A stretch of DNA of 64,000 nucleotides from Mobula hypostoma (lineage: Eukaryota). Within the stretch, counting starts at the first letter, position 1. Each line of letters starts with the position of its first letter. The stretch is taken from contig NC_086098.1 in the NCBI RefSeq assembly GCF_963921235.1, positions 930,001 to 994,000 of the forward strand, written 5' to 3'. This document shows, one piece after another, positions 49,912 to 60,800 of this stretch. The notes beneath the pieces were generated by a model. It worked only from the letters and a program-made list of their open reading frames with translations, had not been told where the DNA came from and searched no databases. Made by a program: the position numbers and the translations under genes.

Positions 49912-52900
49912 AGAACCATAGAAACTACAGCACAGAAACAGGCCTTTTGGCCCTTCTTGGCTGTGCTGAACCATTTTCTGCCTAGTCCCACTGACCTGCA
50001 CATGGACCATATCCCTCCATACACCTCCCATCCATGTATCTGTCCAATTTATTCTTAAATGTTAAAAAAGAACCTGCATTTACCACCTCGTCTGGCAGCT
50101 CATTCCATACTCCCACCACTCTCTGTGTGAAGAAGCCCCCCCTAATGTTCCCTTTAAACTTTTCCCCCCTCACCCTTAACCCATGTCCTCTGGTTTTTTT
50201 CTTCCCTTGCCTCAGTGGAAAAAGCCTGCTTGCATTCACTCTATCTATACCCATCATAATTTTATATACCTCTATCAAATCTCCCCTCATTCTTCTATGC
50301 TCCAAGGAATAAAGTCCTAACCTATTCAACCTTTCTCTGTAACTGAGTTTCTCTAGTCCTGGCAACATCCTTGTAAACCTGCTCTGCACTCTTTCAACCT
50401 TATTTATATCCTTCCTGTAATTTGGTGACCAAAACTGAACACAATACTCCAGATTCGGCCTCATCAATGCCTTATACAATCTCATCATAACATTCCAGCT
50501 CTTATACTCAATACTTTGATTAATAAAGGCCAATGTACCAAAAGCTCTCTTTATGACCACTTTTAGGGAATTTTGTATCTGTATTCCCAGATCCCTCTGT
50601 TCTACTGCACTCCTCAGTGCCTTACCATTTACCCTGTATGTTCTACCTTGGTTTGTCCCTCCAAAGTGCAATACTTCACACTTGTCTGTATTAAACTCCA
50701 TCTGCCATTTTTCAGCCCATTTCTCCAGCTGGTCCAAGTCCCTCTGCAGGCTTTGAAAACCTTCCTCACTGTCTACTACACCTCCAATCTTTGTATCATC
50801 TGCAAATTTACTGATCCAATTTACCACATTATCATCCAGATCATTGATATAGATGACAAATAACAGTGGACCCAGCACTGATCCCTGTGGCACACCACTA
50901 GTCACAGGCCTCCACTCTGAGAAGCAATTCTCTACTACCACTCTTTGGCTTCTTCCATTGAGCCAATGTCTAATCCAATTTACCACCTCTCCATGTATAC
51001 CTAGTGACTGAATTTTCCTAACTAACCTCCCATGTGGGACCTTGTCAAAGGCCTTACTGAAGTCCATGTAGACAATATCCACTGCCTTCCCTTCATCCAC
51101 TTTCCTGGTAACCTCCTCGAAAAACTTGAATAGATTGGTCAAACATGACCTACCATGCACAAAGCCATGTTGACTCTCCCTAGTAAGCCCCTGTCTATCC
51201 AAATGCTTGTAGATTCTGTCTCTTAGTACTCCCTCTAATAACTTACCTACTACCGATGTTAAACTTACTGGCCTATAATTTCCCGGATTACTTTTCGATC
51301 CTTTTTTAAACAACGGAACAACATGAGCCACTCTCCAATCCTCCAGCACCTCACCTGTAGACAGCAACATTTTAAATATTTCTGCCAGGGCCCCTGCAAT
51401 TTCAACACTAGTCTCCTTTAAGGTGCAAGGGAACACCCTGTCAGGTCCCGGGGATTTATCTACTTTAATTTTCCTCAAGACAGCAAGGACCTCCTCCTTT
51501 TCGATCTGTACAGTTTCCATGATCTCACTACTTGTTTCCCTTAATTCCATAGACTTCATGCCAGTTTCCTTAGTAAATACAGATGCAAAAAACCTATTTA
51601 AGATCTCCCCCATTTCCTTTGGTACCGCACATAGCCGACCACTCTGATCTTCGAGAGGACCAATTTTATCCCTTACAATTTTTTTTGCTCTTAATATACC
51701 TGTAAAAGCTCTTTGGATTATCCTTCACTTTGACTGCCAAGGCAACCTCATGTCTTCTTTTAGCCCTCCTGATTTCTTTCTTAAGTATTTTCTTTCACTT
51801 CTTATACTCCTCAAGCTCCTTATTTACTCCCTGCTTCCTATACATGTCATACAACTCCCTCTTCTTCTTTATCAGAGTTGCAATATCCCTTGAGAACCAA
51901 GGTTCCTTATTCCTATTCACTTTGCCTTTAACCCTGACAGGAACATACAAATTCTGCACTCTCAAAATTTCTCCTTTGAAGGCTTCCCACCTACCGATCA
52001 CATCCTTGCCAGAGAACAACCTGTCCCAATCCACACTTTTTAGATCCTTTCTCATTTCTGCAAATTTGGCCTTCTTCCAGTTAAGAACCTCAACCCTAGG
52101 ACCAGATCTATCCTTGTCAATGATCAAGTTGAAACTAATGGTGTTATGATCACTGGAACCAAAGTGCTCCCCTACACAGACTTCTGTCACTTGTCCTAAC
52201 TTGTTTCCTAACAGGAGATCCAATATTGCATCCCCTCCAGTTGGTCCCTCTATATATTGATTTAGAAAACTTTCCTGAACACATTTTACAAACTCTAAAC
52301 CATCTAGACCCCTAACAGTATGGGAGACCCAATCAATATATGGAAAATTAAAATCCCCTACTACCACAACTTTATGTTTCCTGCAGTTGCCTGCTATCTC
52401 TCTACAGATTTGCTCTTCCAATTCTCGTTGACTATTGGGTGGTCTGTAATACAATCCCACTAATGTGGCCATACCTTTCCTGTTTCTCAGCTCCACCCAT
52501 AAGGACTCAGTAGACAAGCCCTCTAATCTGTCCTGCCTGAGCACTGCTGTAATATTTTCCCTAACAAGTAATGCCACTCCCCCACCTTTCATTCCTCTGC
52601 CTCGATCACATCTGAAACATCGGAACCCTGGAATATTAAGCTGCCAGTCCTGCCCCTCCTGTAGCCAAGTTTCACTAATTGCTCTAACGTCATAATTCCA
52701 TGTGTCAATCCACACCCTCAACTCGTCTGCCTTCCCCGCAATACTCCTAGCATTGAAATATATACACTTCAGAAGATTTTTACCACCACTCACAACCTTT
52801 CTATTAGCAGATTTGCGTGAACTTTTAACATCCTTTATTTTCACCCCAGCCACACTGTCAGCTCTGGCACTCTGGTTTCCATCCCCCTGCAAATCTAGTT

Positions 52901-53141
52901 TAAAGCCTCCCCAATAGCACTAACAAACCTCCCTGAAAGGATATTGGTCCCCCTGTAGTTCAAGTGTAACCTGTCTCTCTTGTACAGGTCCCACCTGCCC
53001 CAGAAGAGGTCCCAATGATCCTGAAATCTGAAACCCTGCCCCCTACACCAGTTCCTCAGCCACTTGTTCATCCTCCAGAGCATCCTATTCTTACCCTCTC
53101 TGGCACGTAGCACAGGTAGCAATCCTGAGATTACCACCCTC
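49912..53141 (-). mobile_element. Young CR1 (TTCTATGG tail): ORF1 C-terminus + nearly complete ORF2
   Basis: ORF1 end 52895..53137, endonuclease 51795..52892, RT 49982..51613 (KFADD). Disrupted by a stop at 51795 and a T-run near 51680. Confidence 0.93.
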
Positions 53142-54429
53142 GTTAAGATTTTAACTGCTGTGCTATCGGTATTTCATTTTAGCAGTTCTGTAAGAGTTTT
53201 CAGCCTGTTTGGGTTTTTTTTTAGATTATGAAGACGTGCAGTCCTCTTTTATTGTCATTTAGTAATGCATGCATTAAGAAATGATACAATGTTTCCTCCA
53301 GTGTGATGTCACAAAGCACAGAACAGACCAAGAATGAAAAAACTAACAAAAACACATAATTATAACATATAGTTATAACAGTGCAACAATACCATAACTT
53401 GATGAAGAAGTCCATGAGCACAGTAAGAAGTTCAAAGTCTCTCAAATGTCCCACATCTCACGCAGACGGGAGAAGGAAGAAAAGCTCTCCCTGCGATGCC
53501 CAATCACAGTCCGACTCTGAGTCGTCCGAAAACATCGAGCCCCCGATCAGCTCTCCGACACCGAGTACTGAGCACCATCTCTGTCCGAACGATTCGACCT
53601 CAATCTTGGTCGCCAATAGCAGGCAAAGCCGGGGATTTTGAGGCCTTCCATCCAGAAGTTTCCCGACCGCGTAGTAACAACAGCAGCGAACTGGCATTTC
53701 AGAAATTTCTCCAGATGTTCCTTTGTGCTTTCACGTCTGTCTCCATCAAATCAGAATTGTCCACGGCCCCTATTTAATGGATACAATATCATTTTTCACT
53801 GGAGGGCTGCACACACGTGGCACGCTGCTCTCTCTCCTCCTGTTAGGTTTGAGCTAAAGATAAGGAGCTATGTTATCCAGCCTAGGAATGTTGTGTCAGC
53901 CGAGCAGGATGGTCAAACTGGGAGAAGGTTCTAGAGAATGCAGGGTGGAGAGGGTTTTGGTGACAGACACTGGTATGAGTCAAGGTCTTTTTGGCAGGAG
54001 CTGGGAGGAGACAGAAGGGAAGCTGCCAGAGGCGACATCCCTGATGCCAAAGGTGCTCTGTGCAGATGAATGGCTTCAAGGAGAAAGGACAATTACTCCT
54101 GTGGGAGAGCCCATTTGTTTGAGATGGATTTCGAGTGACATTCAAGCACACACGTGGTGTGTGTTTTCATGTAGACCGTAGGTCCAGCGCATGAGTTAAT
54201 GAAACTTCGAGATGAGCTCCAACTTGTGTTCAATGTAATGGGCCCATTTTATTTTTCCCCTTTTCTTTCTCCTACTAACTGTTCAATAAAGCTGAAATTT
54301 GTAAATACTCTTTATAATAGTATGCAGTGTATGGTCTGTTAATTTTTCCTGACAGGAGATTGCATGGTGATTGCTTGATACAGTATTCACACAGGTCGGG
54401 GTTCAGGTGGGCAAGACATCCCGACCTCA
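53142..54429 (+). mobile_element. Possible LTR-like sequence split by the 53221-53840 insert
   Basis: Non-coding, with AATAAA near 54286 and a ...ctCA end. No TSD identified. Confidence 0.3.
53221..53840 (-). mobile_element. SINE-like or non-autonomous retroelement
   Basis: Minus-strand 3' end aataaaagaggactgcacgtcttcataatctaa plus an A-run. Flanked by imperfect direct repeats cctgtttgggttt / cctgttaggttt. Confidence 0.5.
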
Positions 54430-56250
54430 TGGGTGAACTAGGCCTTTTCTCCTTGGAGCGACGGAGGATGAGAGGTGACCAGATAGAGGTGTACAAAATA
54501 ACGAGAGGCATTGATTGTGTGGATAGTCAGAGGCTTTTCCCCGGGGCTGAGATGGCACAGAGGGCATGTTTGGGCACAGTTTTAAGGTGTATGGAAGCAG
54601 GTACAGAGGAGACGTCAGGGGTAAGTTTTTTACGCGGAGAGTGGAGAGTGGTGAGTGCATGGAATGGGCTGCCAGCAGTGGTGGTGGAGGCAGCAACGAT
54701 AGGATCTTTTAAAAGGCTCCTGGATGGCTACATGGAGCTTAGAAAAATAGAGGACTATGGGTGAAGCCTAGGTAGTTCTGAGGTAGGGACATGTTTGGCA
54801 CAGCTATGTGGGCCAAAGGGCCTGTATTGTGCTGTAGGTTTTCTATGTTTCTATTATTCTAACATATTCCATAGACTTAACACTCTCTAGCTAAAGAAAT
54901 TTCTCCTCACCTCCATTCTAAAAGGACACCACTCTATTCTGAGGCTATGTTCTCTGGTCTTAGAATCTCCTGCCACAGGAAACAAGCACTCCACATTCAC
55001 TGTATCAAGGCCTTTCACTATGTGATTGGTTTAAATTAGGTCACTTCTCATTCTTCTAAATTCCCGTGAATACCGACCCAGAGCCAGCAAACACTCTTCA
55101 TATGACAAGCCATTTGATCCTGGAAACAATTTCATGAACCTCCACTGAACCCTCTCCAGTTTCAGCACATTCTTTCTGTGACAAGGGGCCCAAACCTGCG
55201 CACAATTTGCCAAGTGAAGCCTCACCAGTGCTTTACAAAGGCTCAATATTACATCCTTTCTCTATTGCACAAGGACTCCCAAATCCTTTGAGTCTAAGAT
55301 TTTAGTATTTGCTCTTCATTTAGAAAATAGTCAACACTTTCATTTGCGTAAGACCTTAAGACATAGGAGTAGAATTAGGCCATTCAACCCAATGAGTCTG
55401 CTCCACCATTCCATCATGGCTGATCCCAGATATCACTCAACCCCATATACCTGCATTCTCGCCTTATCCTTTGATGTTCTGACAGATCAGGAAGCTATCA
55501 ACTTTCACTTTAAGCATAACCACAGACTTGGTCTCCACCACAGTCTGTGACAGAGCATTCCACAGCTTCAGTACTCTCTGGCTAAAAAAATTCCTCTTAC
55601 CTCTGTTCCAAAAGCTCACCCCTCAATTTTGAGACAGTGCCCTCTAGTTCTAAATACCCACACCACAGGAAATATCCTCACCACATCCACCATACCCAGT
55701 CCTTTCAACATTCGGTAGGTTTCAATGAGATCCCCCACCACCCACCCCATATTCTTCTACATTCCAGTGAATACAGGCCTGGAATCATCCCCAAAAACCT
55801 TCTCTAGACTCTCTGCAATAATAACACATCCTTTCTGCGTTATGGGACCCAAAACTGTTGACAATACTCCAAGTGCGGCCTGACTAGTGTCTTATAACGC
55901 TTCAACATTATCTCCTTGATTATATATTCTATTCCCCTTGAAATAAATGACAACATTGCATTTTCCTTCTTTACCACAGACCCAACCTGTAAAGTAACCT
56001 TCTGAGTGTCTTGCAGGAGGATTCCCTCTGCTCCACTGATGCTTAAACCTTCTCTCCATTTAAATGATAGTCCACTCTATTGTTCCTTTTACTAAAATGC
56101 ATTATCATACATTTCCCAGCACTGTATTCCATCTGCCAATTTTTTGCTCACTCTTCCAATTTGTCTAAATCCAACTGCAATTACATTGCTTCCTCAGTGC
56201 TACCTACCCCTCCACTTATCTTTGTATCATCTGCAAACTTTACCACAAGG
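54430..56250. mobile_element. Three degenerate CR1 3' fragments (+ 54430-54853; - ~54860-55345; - ~55350-56250)
   Basis: ORFs 54327..54764, 55031..55246 and 56181..56480 (KFADD), with 3' stem-loop tails at ~54810-54853 and ~55350-55390. Confidence 0.8.
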
Positions 56251-56799
56251 ACTTCAATTTCATCAGAATCAGGTTTATTATCACCAACATGTGACGTGAA
56301 ATTTGTTAATTTAGCAGCAGTACTCATAGACTCAAACACTTTTACTATCACGGTCCCAACCGTTGATTCCTCATATTTTCCTAATTCCCTTTTCCCCGTG
56401 TTCTCCCGGGCTCCTTGATTGTGGCACCTGATTCTCATCTGAATCTGCAGCATGAATACCCCAGCTTTGCATCCACTCATCGCCAGATCGTTGTTTCAGC
56501 CAGTGTGGTAATGCACATTCCCGGCCGCCTAGGATTGTGTATTCTAAGTTTTGTTTCAGTACTGAGGTTTGCCTGTGTAACTGTCTCTCCATGTCAAAAG
56601 ACATTTTTGCCTGCTGTCTGCCTTTTTCGTTCATCCTCCTGTTTGCCGTTCAGCTCCAGCAACGCTCCATGTCAGGATAAATATTGCCTGCCGCCTGCCT
56701 TTTCGTTCACCCTCCTGTTCGTTGTTCAGCTCCAGCCACGCTCACGCCCTCGTCTGCATCCCAACTCTAACTCCATGCTAGTGTCCTAAGTTTGGGTTC

Positions 56800-57385
56800 A
56801 CCCGTTCCACTCAACACCTCCGCTCCGTCCGCCACAATAGACAGGATCTCCCAGTAGCCACCCACTTCAACTCTGCTTCCCACTCCCATTCAGATATGTC
56901 CATACATGGCCTCCTCTACTGCCATGATGAGGCTAAACTCAGGTTGGAGGAGCAACACCTCATATACCGTTTAGGTAGTCTCCAGTCCCTTGGTATGAAC
57001 ATTGAATTCTCCAACTTCCGGTAATTCCCTCCCCCTCCCTTCCTCTATCCCTATGTCACTCTGCCCCCTCCCCCAGCTGCCTATCACCTCCCTCATGGTT
57101 CCACCTCCTTCTACTATCCCTTGTGTTTTTCCCTATTCCTTCTTCACCTTTCCTGCCTATCACCTCCCTGCTCCCCCCCCCCCGCCACCCCTTTATCTTT
57201 CCCCTTACTGGTTTTTCACCTGGAACCTACCAGCCTTCGCCTTCCCACCCTCCCCCCACCTTCTTTATAGGGCCTCTGCCCCTTCCCCCTACAGTCCTGA
57301 TGAAGGGTTCTAGCCCAAAACGTCGACTGATCTTTTCCACGGATGCTGCCCGGCCTGCTGAGTTCCTCCAGCGTGTTGTGAGTGT
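56800..57385 (+). mobile_element. Penelope-like element 3' fragment
   Basis: Encodes HLRSVRHNRQDLPVATHFNS...LRLEEQHLIYRLGSLQSLGMNIEFSNFR* (stop 57022-57024), then a C-rich tract, a hammerhead motif and gatgctgcccggcctgctgagttcctccagc. Confidence 0.9.
57292..57329 (+). ncRNA. Minimal type I hammerhead ribozyme motif (core mutated)
   Basis: cagtc-CTGATGA-agggttctagccc-AAAA-cgTC-gactg: stem I cagtc/gactg, stem II ggg/ccc, and AAAA where GAAA is expected. Confidence 0.75.
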
Positions 57386-57389
57386 AACA

Positions 57390-57859
57390 TTTACAGCTAC
57401 TGAGGTTAGGCTAACTGGTCTATAACTTCCTTTCTTTTGCCTTCCTCCCTTCCTAAAGAGTGGAGTGACATTTGCAATCTTCTTGTCCTCTGGTTCCATG
57501 CCACAATCAAGTGATTCTTGAAAGATCATACCAATGCATCTGTTATCTCTTCAGTAAACTCTCTTAGGACTCTAGGATCTAGTCCATCTGGTCCAGGTGA
57601 CTCCTCCACCTTAAGGCCTTTGTGTTTGCTGAACACTTTTCCCTTTGTAATTGCTCTAGTAGTTACTTCTGCTCCCTGACACTCACAGACCTCCAGCACA
57701 CTATCAGTGTCTTCCAGAGTGAAGACAGATACAAAGTACCCACCAAGTTCATCTGCCATTTCTTTGTCCACCACTACTACCTCACCAATTATTATTTTCC
57801 AGTGGTCCAATATTAATTCTCTCTTCACTTTTACTCTTTGTATAAATGAAAAAAGCTTG
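57390..57859 (-). mobile_element. Old CR1 ORF2 fragment; probably continues at 63823-64000
   Basis: ORFs 57227..57529 and 57526..57951 ([16 protein letters not shown]). Confidence 0.75.
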
Positions 57860-60800
57860 TAACCATATAACCATATAACAATTACAGCATGGAAACAGGC
57901 CATCTCAGCCCTTCTAGTCTGTGCCGAACTCTTACTCTCACCTAGTCCCACCGATCTGAACTCAGCCCATAACCCTCCATTCCTTTCCTGTCCATATACC
58001 TATCCAATTTAACTTTCTCCTGCACAGCTGCTTTGCGTGTCCTATGGACTCAGACCCCAAGATACCTCTGATCCTCCACACTGGAAGAGTTTTGCCATTA
58101 ATACTGTATTCTGCCATCATATTTGACCTACCAAAATGAACCACCTTATATTTATCTGGGCTGAATGCCATCTGCCACTTCTTAGCCCAGTTTTACATCC
58201 TATCGATGTCCAACTGTAACCTCTGACAGCCCTCCATGCTATCCACAACACCCCCAACCTTTGTGTCATCAGCAAATTTACTAAGTCATCCCTCCACTTC
58301 CTCATCCAGGACATTTATAAAAATCACAAAGAGAAGGGGTCCCAGAACAGATCCCTGAGACACACCACTGCAGTATATGACCTGTCTACGACCATTCTTT
58401 GCCTTCTGGGCACAAGCCAATTCTGGATCGACAAAGCAAGGTCCCCTTGGATCCCATGCCTCCTTATTTTTTCAATAAGCCTTGCATAGGGTACCTTATC
58501 AAATGCCTTGCTGAAATCCATATACATTACCTCTAGTGCTCTACCTTCATCAACGTGTTTAGTCTCATCCTCAAAAAATTCAGTCAGGCTCATAAGGCAC
58601 AACATGCCTTTTACAAGCTGTGCTGACTATTCCAAATGATATTATGCCTCTCCAAATGTTCTTAAATCCTGCCTCTCAGGATCTTTTCCATGAACTTACC
58701 AATCACTGAATGAAGACTCACTGGTCTATAATTTCAAGGGCTATCTCTATTCTCTTTCTTGAATAAGGGAACAAAATCTGCAGTCCTCCAATGCTCTGGA
58801 ACCTTTCCCGTCCCCATTGATAATGCAAAGATCATTGCCAGAGGCTTAGCAATCTCCTCACTCACCTCCCACAGTAGCCTATCCGGTTCCAGTGGCTTAT
58901 CCAACTTGATACTTTCCAAAACCTCCAGCACATCCTCTTTCTTAATGTCTATATTCTCAATTTTTTCAGTCCTCTGCAAGTCATCCCTACAATCGCCAAG
59001 ATCCTTTTTCATAGTGAATACTGAAGCAAAGTATTCATCCAATACCTCTGTTATCTCCTCCGGTTCCACACACACTTTTCCAGTGTCACACTTGATTGGT
59101 CCTATTCTTTCGCATCTTATCCTCCTGCTTTTCACATACTTGTAGAATGCCTTGGGGTTTTCCTTAATCCTGCACACCAAGGCCTACTCAGGGCCCCTTC
59201 TGACTCTCCAAATTTCATTCTTAATCTCCTTCTTGTTAGCCTTATAATCTTCTAGTAATGATAGGTGACTCTATAGTTAGGGGTCAGACAGGCAATTCTG
59301 TGGAACTCGGATGGTAGTTTGCCTCCCAGGTGCCAGGGTCTGGGATGTTTCAGATCATGTCCAAGATATCCTGCAGTGGGAGGGAGAGCAGCCAGAGGTT
59401 GTGGTACATATTGGTACCAATGACATAGGTAGGAAAAGGGAAGAGGTCCTGAAAAAAGAGTACAGGAAGGAAGTTGAGAAGCCGGACAGCAAAGGGAGTG
59501 ATCTCGGGCTTACTGCCTGTAACACGCGACAGTGAGAATAGGATTAGAATGAGGTGGAGGATAAATGCGTGGCTGAGGGATTGGAGCAGGGGGCAGGGAT
59601 TCAGATTTCTGGATCATTGGTATCTCTTTTGGGACAGGTGTGACCTGTACAAAAAGTTGAATCTGAGGGGGACTAATATCCTGGTGGGGAGGTTTGCTAA
59701 GGCTATCAGGGAGCATCTAAACTAAAATTGTTGTGGGGTGGGAACTGATAGAGAAAGCTTGTAGACAGTGTGTGAGGGAGGATAGGCAGGTGATAGAGAA
59801 GGGACACGCTCAGACCAAAGGTTTGAGATGTGTCTATTTTAACACAAGGAGTGTTGTGAACAAAGCGGATGAGCTTAGAGTGTGGATCAGTACTTAGAGA
59901 TATGATGTTGTGGCCATTACAAAGTCTTGGATGACTCAGGGACAGGAATGGTTACTTCAAGTGCCAGGTTTTAGATGTTTCAGAAAGGACAGGGAGGGAG
60001 GCAAAATAGGTGGGGGTGTGGCACTGCTGATCAGAGATAGTGTCACGGCTGCAGAAAAGAGGGACGCCATGGAGGGATTGTCTATGGAGTCTCTGTGAGT
60101 GGAGATAAGGAACAGGAAGGGGTCAATAACATTAGTGGGTGTTTTCTATAGGCCGCCCAATAGTAACAGGGATATCGAGGAGCTGATAGGGAAACAGATC
60201 CTGGAAAGGTGTAATAATAACAGAGTTGTTGTGATGGGAAATTTTAATTTCCCAAATATCATTTGGCATCTCCCTAGAGCAAGGGGCTTAGATGGGGTGG
60301 AGTGTGTTAGGTGTGTTCAAGCAGGTTTCTTGACACAATATGTAGATAAGCCTACAAGAGGAGAGGCTGTACTTGATTTGGTATTGGGAAATGAACTTGG
60401 TCAGGTGTCAGATCTCTCAGTGGGAGAGCATTTTGGAGATAGTGATCATAATTCTATCCCCTTTACAATAGCATTGGAGAGAGATAGGAACAGACCAGTT
60501 AGAAAAGCATTTAATTGGAGTAAGGGGAATTATGAGGTTATCAGGCAGGAAATTGGAGGCTTAAGTTGGGAACAGATGTTCTCAGGGAAAAGTACGGAAG
60601 AAATGTGGCAAACGTTCAGGGGATATTTGTGTGGAGTTCTGCATAGGTACGTTCCAATGAGACAGGGAAGTTATGATAGGGTATAGGAACCGTGGTGTAC
60701 AAAGGCTGCAATAAATCTAGTCAAGAAGAAAAGAGAAGCTTACAAAAGGTTCAGAGAGCTAGGTAATGTTAAAGATCTAGAAGATCATAAGGCTAATAGG

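Larger units (their letters stand above)
56346..57389 (+). mobile_element. Probable solo LTR with 5-bp TSD tttac, carrying a Penelope insertion
   Basis: Begins tatcacg (TGTCACG-like) and ends gtaaCA. tttac at 56341-56345 and 57390-57394. Internal cacctg, TATA-like and ATAAA motifs. Confidence 0.55.

Noticed and set aside
49982..52892. Active autonomous CR1
   Set aside because: ORF2 has a stop at 51795, a disrupted T-run region and a small deletion near 50555, and ORF1 is 5'-truncated.
57025..57290. C-rich/G-rich tract as an independent G-quadruplex regulatory element
   Set aside because: It is part of the Penelope 3' region and is mirrored in the 46640-46900 copy. Nothing suggests a separate function.
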